Below are positions 40,501 through 53,170 of a stretch of DNA of 64,000 nt, piece after piece. The stretch covers positions 36,832 to 100,831 of the forward strand of contig JBHGNT010000082.1 of NCBI GenBank assembly GCA_043228905.1, written 5' to 3'. Position 1 is the stretch's first letter, and the number at the start of each line of letters is the position of its first letter. Below the pieces are notes generated by a model. It made no database searches, was not told where the DNA came from, and saw only the letters and a list, made by a program, of their open reading frames with translations. The translations under genes were made by a program, and so were the position numbers. The stretch comes from Azolla caroliniana. Its lineage: Eukaryota > Plantae > Polypodiophyta.

Positions 40501-43500
40501 TCCTCATGTCTTTCGACGTCAGTTTCAAAATCTCGATTTTTTAATTCTATATCATAGCTAGCCTTGTTAGCTTCGATTTGCATGTTTGAACACAGAAATC
40601 CGATATCACACGAGCCAGGTATGACCATTTTAATTTACTCACTGGCTCTTCTCAACTCCCTCCTCAAATATGCTAATTTCCGCATGTCTCTCGACCTGAG
40701 TTTCAAAATCTTGATTTTTTAATACTATATCATAACTAGCCTTGTTAGCTTCGATTTGCATGTTTGAACACAGAAATCCGATATCACACGAGCCAGGTAT
40801 GACCATTTTAATTTACTCACACGCTCTTCTCAACTCCCTCCTCAAATATGCTAATTTCTTCATGTCTCTTGACCTGAGTTTCAAAATCTCGATTTTTTAA
40901 TTCTATATCATAGCTAGCCTTGTTAGCTTCGATTTGCATGTTTGAACACAGAAATCCGATATCACACGAGCCAGGTATGACCATTTTAATTTACTCACTC
41001 GCTCTTCTCAACTCCCTCCTCAAATATGCTAATTTCCTCATGTCTTTCGACGTCAGTTTCAAAATCTCGATTTTTTAATTCTATATCATAGCTAGCCTTG
41101 TTAGTTTCGATTCGCATGTTTGAACACAGAAATCCGATATCACACGAGCCAGGTATGACCATTTTAATTTACTCACTCGCTCTTCTCAACTCCCTCCTCC
41201 AGCATGCTAATTTCCTCATGTCTTTCGACCTGAGTTTCGAAATCACGATTTTTTAATTCTATATCATAGCTAGCGTTGTTAGCTTCGATTCGCATGTTTT
41301 AACACAAAAATCCGATATCACACGAGCCAGGTATGAACATTTTAATTTACTCACTAGCTCTTCTCAACTCCCTCCTCAAATATTGTAATTTCTTCATGTC
41401 TCTCGACCTGAGTTTCAAAATCTCGATTATTTAATTCTATATCATAGCTAGCGTTGTTATCTTCGATTCGCATGTTTGAACACAAAAATCCGATATCACA
41501 CGTGCCAGGTCTGAACATTTTAATTTACTCACTAGCTCTTCTCAACTCCCTCCTCAAATATGCTAATTTCTTCATGTCTCTCGACCTGAGTTTCAAAATC
41601 TCGATTTTTTAATTCTATATCATAGCTAGCCGTGTTAGCTTCGATTTGCATGTTTGAACACAGAAATCCGATATCACACGAGCCAGGTCTGAACATTTTA
41701 ATTTACTGACTGGCTCTTCTCAACTCCTTCTTGAAATATGCTAATTTCCTCATGTCTCTCGACCTGAGTTTCAAAATTTCGATTTTTTAATTCTATATGA
41801 TAGCTAGCGTTGTTAGCTTCGATTCGCATGTTTGAACACAAAAATTCGATATCACACGAGCCAGGTATGAACATTTTAATTTACTCACTAGCTCTTCTCA
41901 ACTCCCTCCTCAAATATTCTAATTTCCTCATGTCTTTCGACGTGAGTTTCAAAATCTCGATTTTTTAATTCTATATCATAGCTAGCCTTGTTAGCTTCGA
42001 TTCGCATGTTTGAACACAGAAATCCGATATCACACGAGCCAGGTATGACCATTTTAATTTACACACACGCTCTTCTCAACTCCCTCCTCAAATATGCTAA
42101 TTTCTTCATGTCTCTCGACCTGAGTTTCAAAATCTCGATTTTTTAATTCTATATCATAGCTAGCCTTGTTAGCTTCGATTTGCATGTTTGAACACAGAAA
42201 TCCGATATCACACGAGCCAGGTATGACCATTTTAATTTACTCACTCGCTCTTCTCAACGCCCTCCTCAAATATGCTAATTTCCTCATGTCTTTCGACGTC
42301 AGTTTCGAAATCACGATTTTTTAAGTCTATATCATAGCTAGCCTTGTTAGTTTCGATTCGCATGTTTGAACACAGAAATCCGATATCACACGAGCCAGGT
42401 ATGACCATTTTAATTTACTCACTGACTCTTCTCAACTCCCTCCTCAAATATGCTAATTTCCTCATGTCTCTCGACCTGAGTTTCAAAATCTCGATTTTTT
42501 AATTCTATATCATAGCTAGCCTTGTTAGTTTCGATTCGCATGTTTGAACACAGAAATCCGATATCACACGAGCCAGGTATGACCATTTTAATTTACTCAC
42601 TCGCTCTTCTCAACTCCCTCCTCAAATATGCTAATTTCTTCATGTCTCTCGACCTGAGTTTCAAAATCTCGATTTTTTAATTCTATATCATAGCTATCCG
42701 TGTTAGCTTCGATTTGCATGTTTGAACACAGAAATCCGATATCACACGAGCCAGGTATGACCAATTTAATTTACTCACTGGCTCTTCTCAACTCCCTCCT
42801 CAAATATGCTAATTTCCTCATGTCTCTCACCTGAGTTTCGAAATCTCGATTTTTTAATTCTATATCATAGCTAGCCTTGTTAGTTTCGATTCGCATGTTT
42901 GAACACAGAAATCCGATATCACACGAGCCAGGTATGACCATTTTAATTTACTCACTCGCTCTTCTCAACTCCCTCCTCCAGCATGCTAATTTCCTCATGT
43001 CTTTCGACGTCAGTTTCGAAATCACGATTTTTTAAGTCTATATCATAGCTAGCCTTGTTAGTTTCGATTCGCATGTTTTAACACAGAAATCCGATATCAC
43101 ACGAGCCAGGTATGACCATTTTAATTTACTCACACGCTCTTCTCAACTCCCTCCTCAAATATGCTAATTTCTTCATGTCTCTCGACCTAAGTTTCAAAAT
43201 CTCGATTTTTTAATTCTATATCATAGCTAGCCTTGTTAGCTTCGATTCGCATGTTTGAACACAGAAATCCGATATCACACGAGCCAGGTATGACCATTTT
43301 AATTTACACACACGCTCTTCTCAACTCCCTCCTCAAATATGCTAATTTCTTCATGTCTCTCGACCTGAGTTTCAAAATCTCGATTTTTTAATTCTATATC
43401 ATAGCTAGCCTTGTTAGCTTCGATTTGCATGTTTGAACACAGAAATCCGATATCACACGAGCCAGGTATGACCATTTTAATTTACTCACTCGCTCTTCTC

Positions 43501-46500
43501 AACTCCCTCCTCAAATATGCTAATTTCCTCATGTCTTTCGACGTCAGTTTCGAAATCACGATTTTTTAAGTCTATATCATAGCTAGCCTTGTTAGTTTCG
43601 ATTCGCATGTTTGAACACAGAAATCCGATATCACACGAGCCAGGTATGACCATTTTAATTTACTCACTGACTCTTCTCAACTCCCTCCTCAAATATGCTA
43701 ATTTCCTCATGTCTCTCGACCTGAGTTTCAAAATCTCGATTTTTTAATTCTATATCATAGCTAGCCTTGTTAGTTTCGATTCGCATGTTTGAACACAGAA
43801 ATCCGATATCACACGAGCCAGGTATGACCATTTTAATTTACTCACTCGCTCTTCTCAACTCCCTCCTCAAATATGCTAATTTCTTCATGTCTCTCGACCT
43901 GAGTTTCAAAATCTCGATTTTTTAATTCTATATCATAGCTAGCCGTGTTAGCTTCGATTTGCATGTTTGAACACAGAAATCCGATATCACACGAGCCAGG
44001 TCTGAACATTTTAATTTACTGACTGGCTCTTCTCAACTCCTTCTTGAAATATGCTAATTTCCTCATGTCTCTCGACCTGAGTTTCAAAATTTCGATTTTT
44101 TAATTCTATATGATAGCTAGCGTTGTTAGCTTCGATTCGCATGTTTGAACACAAAAATTCGATATCACACGAGCCAGGTATGAACATTTTAATTTACGCA
44201 CTAGCTCTTCTCAACTCCCTCCTCAAATATTCTAATTTCCTCATGTCTTTCGACGTGAGTTTCAGAATCTCGATTTTTTAATTCTATATCATAGCTAGCC
44301 TTGTTAGCTTCGATTCGCATGTTTGAACACAGAAATCCGATATCACACGAGCCAGGTATGACCATTTTAATTTACACACACGCTCTTCTCAACTCCCTCC
44401 TCAAATATGCTAATTTCTTCATGTCTCTCGACCTGAGTTTCAAAATCTCGATTTTTTAATTCTATATCATAGCTAGCCTTGTTAGCTTCGATTTGCATGT
44501 TTGAACAAAGAAATCCGATATCACACGAGCCAGGTATGACCATTTTAATTTACTCACTGACTCTTCTCAACTCCCTCCTCAAATATGCTAATTTCCTCAT
44601 GTCTCTCGACCTGAGTTTCAAAATCTCGATTTTTTAATTCTATATCATAGCTAGCCTTGTTAGCTTCGATTTGCATGTTTGAACACAGAAATCCGATATC
44701 ACACGAGCCAGGTATGACCATTTTAATTTACTCACACGCTCTTCTCAACTCCCTCCTCAAATATGCTAATTTCCTCATGTCTCTCGACTTGAGTTTCAAA
44801 ATCTCGATTTTTTAATTCTATATCAGAGCTAGCCTTGTTAGCTTCGATTTGCATGTTTGAACACAGAAATCCGATATCACACGAGCCAGGTATGACCATT
44901 TTAATTTACTCACTCGCTCTTCTCAACTCCCTCCTCCAGCATGCTAATTTCCTCATGTCTCTCACCTAAGTTTCAAAATCTTGATTTTTTAATTCTATAT
45001 CATAGCTAGCCTTGTTAGCTTCGATTTGCATGTTTGAACACAGAAATCCGATATCACACGAGCCAGGTATGACCATTTTAATTTACTCACTCGCTCTTCT
45101 CAACTCCCTCCTCCAGCATGCTAATTTCCTCATGTCTTTCGACCTGAGTTTCAAAATCACGAATTTTTAATTCTATATCATAGCTAGGCTTGTTAGTTTC
45201 GATTCGCATGTTTGAACACAGATATCCGATATCACACGAGCCAGGTATGACCATTTTAATTTACACACACGCTCTTCTCAACTCCCTCCTCAAATATGCT
45301 AATTTCTTCATGTCTCTCGACCTGAGTTTCAAAATCTCGATTTTTTAATTCTATATCATAGCTAGCCTTGTTAGTTTCGATTCGCATGTTTGAACACAGA
45401 AATCCGATATCACACGAGCCAGGTATGACCATTTTAATTTACTCACACGCTCTTCTCAACTCCCTCCTCCAGCATGCTAATTTCTTCATGTCTTTCGACG
45501 TCAGTTTCGAAATCACGATTTTTTAAGTCTATATCATAGCTAGCCTTGTTAGCTTCGATTTGCATGTTTGAACACAGAAATCCGATATCACACGAGCCAG
45601 GTATGACCATTTTAATTTACTCACTCGCTCTTCTCAACTCCCTCCTCCAGCATGCTAATTTCCTCATGTCTTTCGACGTCAGTTTCGAAATCACGATTTT
45701 TTAAGTCTATATCATAGCTAGCCTTGTTAGTTTCGATTCGCATGTTTGAACACAGAAATCCGATATCACACGAGCCAGGTATGACCATTTTAATTTACTC
45801 ACTGGCTCTTCTCAACTCCCTCCTCAAATATGCTAATTTCCTCAATTCTCTCGACCTGAGTTTCAAAATCACGAATTTTTAATTCTATATCATAGCTAGG
45901 CATGTTAGCTTCGATTCGCATGTTTGAACACAAAAATCCGATATCAGACGTCCCAGGTATGAACATTTTAATTTACTGACTGGCTCTTCTCAACTCCTTC
46001 TTGAAATACGCTAATTTCCTCATGTCTCTCGACCTGAGTTTCAAAATCTCAATTTTTTAATTTTATATCATAGCTAGCCTTGTTAGTTTCGATTCGCATG
46101 TTTGAACACAGAAATCCGATATCACACGAGCCAGGTATGACCATTTTAATTTACTCACTCGCTCTTCTCAACTCCCTCCTCCAGCATGCTAATTTCCTCA
46201 TGTCTTTCGACGTCAGTTTCGAAATCACGATTTTTTAAGTCTATATCATAGCTAGCCTTGTTAGTTTCGATTCGCATGTTTTAACACAGAAATCCGATAT
46301 CACACGAGCCAGGTATGACCATTTTAATTTACTCACACGCTCTTCTCAACTCCCTCCTCAAATATGCTAATTTCTTCATGTCTCTCGACCTAAGTTTCAA
46401 AATCTCGATTTTTTAATTCTATATCATAGCTAGCCTTGTTAGCTTCGATTCGCATGTTTGAACACAGAAATCCGATATCACACGAGCCAGGTATGACCAT

Positions 46501-47299
46501 TTTAATTTACTCACTGGCTCTTCTCAACTCCCTCCTCAAATATGCTAATTTCCTCATGTCTCTCGACCTGAGTTTCAAAATCACGATTTTTTAATTCTAT
46601 ATCATAGCTAGCGTTGTTAGCTTCGATTCGCATGTTTTAACACAAAAATCCGATATCACACGAGCCAGGTATGAACATTTTAATTTACTCACTAGCTCTT
46701 CTCAACTCCCTCCTCAAATATTGTAATTTCTTCATGTCTCTCGACCTGAGTTTCAAAATCTCGATTATTTAATTCTATATCATAGCTAGCGTTGTTATCT
46801 TCGATTCGCATGTTTGAACACAAAAATCCGATATCACACGTGCCAGGTCTGAACATTTTAATTTACTCACTAGCTCTTCTCAACTCCCTCCTCAAATATG
46901 CTAATTTCTTCATGTCTCTCGACCTGAGTTTCAAAATCTCGATTTTTTAATTCTATATCATAGCTAGCCGTGTTAGCTTCGATTTGCATGTTTGAACACA
47001 GAAATCCGATATCACACGAGCCAGGTCTGAACATTTTAATTTACTGACTGGCTCTTCTCAACTCCTTCTTGAAATATGCTAATTTCCTCATGTCTCTCGA
47101 CCTGAGTTTCAAAATTTCGATTTTTTAATTCTATATGATAGCTAGCGTTGTTAGCTTCGATTCGCATGTTTGAACACAAAAATTCGATATCACACGAGCC
47201 AGGTATGAACATTTTAATTTACTCACTAGCTCTTCTCAACTCCCTCCTCAAATATTCTAATTTCCTCATGTCTTTCGACGTGAGTTTCAAAATCTCGAT

Positions 47300-50200
47300 T
47301 TTTTAATCCTATATCATAGCTAGCCTTGTTAGCTTCGATTCGCATGTTTGAACACAGAAATCCGATATCACACGAGCCAGGTATGACCATTTTAATTTAC
47401 ACACACGCTCTTCTCAACTCCCTCCTCAAATATGCTAATTTCTTCATGTCTCTCGACCTGAGTTTCAAAATCTCGATTTTTTAATTCTATATCATAGCTA
47501 GCCTTGTTAGCTTCGATTTGCATGTTTGAACACAGAAATCCGATATCACACGAGCCAGGTATGACCATTTTAATTTACTCACTCGCTCTTCTCAACGCCC
47601 TCCTCAAATATGCTAATTTCCTCATGTCTTTCGACGTCAGTTTCGAAATCACGATTTTTTAAGTCTATATCATAGCTAGCCTTGTTAGTTTCGATTCGCA
47701 TGTTTGAACACAGAAATCCGATATCACACGAGCCAGGTATGACCATTTTAATTTACTCACTGACTCTTCTCAACTCCCTCCTCAAATATGCTAATTTCCT
47801 CATGTCTCTCGACCTGAGTTTCAAAATCTCGATTTTTTAATTCTATATCATAGCTAGCCTTGTTAGTTTCGATTCGCATGTTTGAACACAGAAATCCGAT
47901 ATCACACGAGCCAGGTATGACCATTTTAATTTACTCACTCGCTCTTCTCAACTCCCTCCTCAAATATGCTAATTTCTTCATGTCTCTCGACCTGAGTTTC
48001 AAAATCTCGATTTTTTAATTCTATATCATAGCTATCCGTGTTAGCTTCGATTTGCATGTTTGAACACAGAAATCCGATATCACACGAGCCAGGTATGACC
48101 AATTTAATTTACTCACTGGCTCTTCTCAACTCCCTCCTCAAATATGCTAACTTCCTCATGTCTCTCACCTGAGTTTCGAAATCTCGATTTTTTAATTCTA
48201 TATCATAGCTAGCCTTGTTAGTTTCGATTCGCATGTTTGAACACAGAAATCCGATATCACACGAGCCAGGTATGACCATTTTAATTTACTCACTCGCTCT
48301 TCTCAACTCCCTGCTCCAGCATGCTAATTTCCTCATGTCTTTCGACGTCAGTTTCGAAATCACGATTTTTTAAGTCTATATCATAGCTAGCCTTGTTAGT
48401 TTCGATTCGCATGTTTTAACACAGAAATCCGATATCACACGAGCCAGGTATGACCATTTTAATTTACTCACACGCTCTTCTCAACTCCCTCCTCAAATAT
48501 GCTAATTTCTTCATGTCTTTCGACGTGAGTTTCAAAATCTCGATTTTTTAATTCTATATCATAGCTAGCCTTGTTAGCTTCGATTCGCATGTTTGAACAC
48601 AGAAATCCGATATCACACGAGCCAGGTATGACCATTTTAATTTACACACACGCTCTTCTCAACTCCCTCCTCAAATATGCTAATTTCTTCATGTCTCTCG
48701 ACCTGAGTTTCAAAATCTCGATTTTTTAATTCTATATCATAGCTAGCCTTGTTAGCTTCGATTTGCATGTTTGAACACAGAAATCCGATATCACACGAGC
48801 CAGGTATGACCATTTTAATTTACTCACTCGCTCTTCTCAACTCCCTCCTCAAATATGCTAATTTCCTCATGTCTTTCGACGTCAGTTTCGAAATCACGAT
48901 TTTTTAAGTCTATATCATAGCTAGCCTTGTTAGTTTCGATTCGCATGTTTGAACACAGAAATCCGATATCACACGAGCCAGGTATGACCATTTTAATTTA
49001 CTCACACGCTCTTCTCAACTCCCTCCTCAAATATGCTAATTTCCTCATGTCTCTCGACCTGAGTTTCAAAATCTCGATTTTTTAATTCTATATCATAGCT
49101 AGCCTTGTTAGTTTCGATTCGCATGTTTGAACACAGAAATCCGATATCACACGAGCCAGGTATGACCATTTTAATTTACTCACTCGCTCTTCTCAACTCC
49201 CTCCTCAAATATGCTAATTTCTTCATGTCTCTCGACCTGAGTTTCAAAATCTCGATTTTTTAATTCTATATCATAGCTATCCGTGTTAGCTTCGATTTGC
49301 ATGTTTGAACACAGAAATCCGATATCACACGAGCCAGGTATGACCAATTTAATTTACTCACTGGCTCTTCTCAACTCCCTCCTCAAATATGCTAATTTCC
49401 TCATGTCTCTCACCTGAGTTTCGAAATCTCGATTTTTTAATTCTATATTATAGCTAGCCTTGTTAGTTTCGATTCGCATGTTTGAACACAGAAATCCGAT
49501 ATCACACGAGCCAGGTATGACCATTTTAATTTACTCACTCGCTCTTCTCAACTCCCTCCTCCAGCATGCTAATTTCCTCATGTCTTTCGACGTCAGTTTC
49601 GAAATCTCGATTTTTTAAGTCTATATCATAGCTAGCCTTGTTAGTTTCGATTCGCATGTTTTAACACAGAAATCCGATATCACACGAGCCAGGTATGACC
49701 ATTTTAATTTACTCACACGCTCTTCTCAACTCCCTCCTCAAATATGCTAATTTCTTCATGTCTCTCGACCTAAGTTTCAAAATCTCGATTTTTTAATTCT
49801 ATATCATAGCTAGCCTTGTTAGCTTCGATTCGCATGTTTGAACACAGAAATCCGATATCACACGAGCCAGGTATGACCATTTTAATTTACACACACGCTC
49901 TTCTCAACTCCCTCCTCAAATATGCTAATTTCTTCATGTCTCTCGACCTGAGTTTCAAAATCTCGATTTTTTAATTCTATATCATAGCTAGCCTTGTTAG
50001 CTTCGATTTGCATGTTTGAACACAGAAATCCGATATCACACGAGCCAGGTATGACCATTTTAATTTACTCACTCGCTCTTCTCAACTCCCTCCTCAAATA
50101 TGCTAATTTCCTCATGTCTTTCGACGTCAGTTTCGAAATCACGATTTTTTAAGTCTATATCATAGCTAGCCTTGTTAGTTTCGATTCGCATGTTTGAACA

Positions 50201-50550
50201 CAGAAATCCGATATCACACGAGCCAGGTATGACCATTTTAATTTACTCACTGACTCTTCTCAACTCCCTCCTCAAATATGCTAATTTCCTCATGTCTCTC
50301 GACCTGAGTTTCAAAATCTCGATTTTTTAATTCTATATCATAGCTAGCCTTGTTAGTTTCGATTCGCATGTTTGAACACAGAAATCCGATATCACACGAG
50401 CCAGGTATGACCATTTTAATTTACTCACTCGCTCTTCTCAACTCCCTCCTCAAATATGCTAATTTCTTCATGTCTCTCGACCTGAGTTTCAAAATCTCGA
50501 TTTTTTAATTCTATATCATAGCTAGCCGTGTTAGCTTCGATTTGCATGTT
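47300..50550. repeat. 7-monomer HOR (1,245 bp; includes one 177-bp monomer), about 2.5 tandem copies
   Basis: TTTACACACAC at ~47397/48642/49887, TAGCTATCCG at 48029/49274, and the 1-bp deletion CTC-ACC at 48166/49411. The same period is seen at ~42059/43304. Confidence 0.85.
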
Positions 50551-51389
50551 TGAACACAGAAATCCGATATCACACGAGCCAGGTCTGAACATTTTAATTT
50601 ACTGACTGGCTCTTCTCAACTCCTTCTTGAAATATGCTAATTTCCTCATGTCTCTCGACCTGAGTTTTAAAATTTCGATTTTTTAATTCTATATGATAGC
50701 TAGCGTTGTTAGCTTCGATCCGCATGTTTGAACACAAAAATTCGATATCACACGAGCCAGGTATGAACATTTTAATTTACTCACTAGCTCTTCTCAACTC
50801 CCTCCTCAAATATTCTAATTTCCTCATGTCTTTCGACGTGAGTTTCAAAATCTCGATTTTTTAATTCTATATCATAGCTAGCCGTGTTAGCTTCGATTTG
50901 CATGTTTGAACACAGAAATCCGATATCACACGAGCCAGGTATGACCATTTTAATTTACTCACTGGCTCTTCTCAACTCCCTCCTCAAATATGCTAATTTC
51001 CTCATGTCTCTCGACCTGAGTTTCAAAATCACGATTTTTTAATTCTATATCATAGCTAGCGTTGTTAGCTTCGATTCGCATGTTTTAACACAAAAATCCG
51101 ATATCACACGAGCCAGGTATGAACATTTTAATTTACTCACTAGCTCTTCTCAACTCCCTCCTCAAATATTGTAATTTCTTCATGTCTCTGGACCTGAGTT
51201 TAAAAATCGCGATTATTTAATTCTATATCATAGCTAGCGTTGTTATCTTCGATTCGCATGTTTGAACACAAAAATCCGATATCACACGTGCCAGGTCTGA
51301 ACATTTTAATTTACTGACTGGCTCTTCTCAACTCCTTCTTGAAATATGCTAATTTCCTCATGTCTCTCGACCTGAGTTTCAAAATCTCG

Positions 51390-53170
51390 ATTTTTTAATT
51401 CTATATGATAGCTAGCGTTGTTAGCTTCGATTCGCATGTTTGAACACAAAAATCCGATATCACACGAGCCAGGTATGAACATTTTAATTTACTCACTAGC
51501 TCTTCTCAACTCCCTCCTCAAATATTGTAATTTCCTCATGTCTTTCGACCTCAGTTTCAAAATCTTGATTTTTTAATATTATATCATAGCTAGCCTTGTT
51601 AGCTTCGATTTGCATGTTTGAACACAGAAATCCGATATCACACGAGCCAGGTATGACCATTTTAATTTACTCACTGGCTCTTCTCAACTCCCTCCTCAAA
51701 TATGCTAATTTCGGCATGTCTCTCGACCTGAGTTTCAAAATCTTGATTTTTTAATTCTATATCATAGCTAGCCTTGTTAGTTTCGATTCGCATGTTTGAA
51801 CACAGAAATCCGATATCACACCAGCCAGGTATGACCATTTTAATTTACTCACTCGCTCTTCTCAACTCCCTCCTCCAACATGCTAATTTCGTCATGTCTT
51901 TCGACGTCAGTTTCAAAATCTTGATTTTTTAATTCTATGTCATAGCTAGCCTTGTTAGCTTCGATTCGCATGTTTGAACACAGAAATCCGATATCACACG
52001 AGCCAGGTATGAACATTTTAATTTACTCACTAGCTCTTCTCAACTCCCTCCTCAAATATTGTAATTTCTTCATGTCTCTCGACCTGAGTTTTAAAATCTC
52101 GATTATTTAATTCTATATCATAGCTAGCGTTGTTATCTTCGATTCGCATGTTCGAACACAAAAATCCGATATCAGACGTCCCAGGTATGAACATTTTAAT
52201 TTACTGACTGGCTCTTCTCAACTCCTTCTTGAAATATGCTAATTTCCTCATGTCTCTCGACCTGAGTTTCAAAATCTCGATTTTTTAATTCTATATGATA
52301 GCTAGCGTTGTTAGCTTCGATTCGCATGTTTGAACACAAAAATCCGATATCACACGAGCCAGGTATGAACATTTTAATTTACTCACTAGCTCTTCTCAAC
52401 TCCCTCCTCAAATATTGTAATTTCCTCATGTCTTTCGACGTCAGTTTCAAAATCTTGATTTTTTAATTCTATATCATAGCTAGCCTTGTTAGCTTCGATT
52501 TGCATGTTTGAACACAGAAATCCGATATCACACGAGCCAGGTATGACCATTTTAATTTACTCACTGGCTCTTCTCAACTCCCTCATCAAATATGCTAATT
52601 TCGGCATGTCTCTCGACCTGAGTTTCAAAATCTTGATTTTTTAATTCTATATCATAGCTAGCCTTGTTAGTTTCGATTCGCATGTTTGAACACAGAAATC
52701 CGATATCACACCAGCCAGGTATGACCATTTTAATTTACTCACTCGCTCTTCTCAACTCCCTCCTCCAACATGCTAATTTCGTCATGTCTTTCGACGTCAG
52801 TTTCAAAATCTTGATTTTTTAATTCTATGTCATAGCTAGCCTTGTTAGCTTCGATTCGCATGTTTGAACACAGAAATCCGATATCACACGAGCCAGGTAT
52901 GATTATTTTAATTTACTCACTAGCTCTTCTCAACTCCCTCCTCAAATATTGTAATTTCTTCATGTCTCTCGACCTGAGTTTTAAAATCTCGATTATTTAA
53001 TTCTATATCATAGCTAGCGTTGTTATCTTCGATTCGCATGTTCGAACATAAAAATCCGATATCAGACGTCCCAGGTATGAACATTTTAATTTACTGACTG
53101 GCTCTTCTCAACCCCTTCTTGAAATACGCTAATTTCCTCATGTCTCTCGACCTGAGTTTCAAAATCTCAA
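51390..53170. repeat. 5-monomer HOR (890 bp), two tandem copies (paralogous to 35730-37510)
   Basis: CCAGCCAGG at 51821/52711 and TTCGAACA at 52151/53041, offset 15,660 bp from the earlier pair. Confidence 0.88.

Larger units (their letters stand above)
38400..53170. repeat. Copy 1 of a 14,770-bp (83-monomer) tandem duplication unit
   Basis: Rare variants repeat at exactly 14,770 bp: TCCGATACCA 38641/53411, TTTCTAAATT 40181/54951, AATACTATAT 40721/55491, TATCAGAGCT 44821/59591, CTCAATTCTC 45841/60611, CTGCTCCAGC 48311/63081. Only 38400-49230 can be compared directly within the window. Confidence 0.9.
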
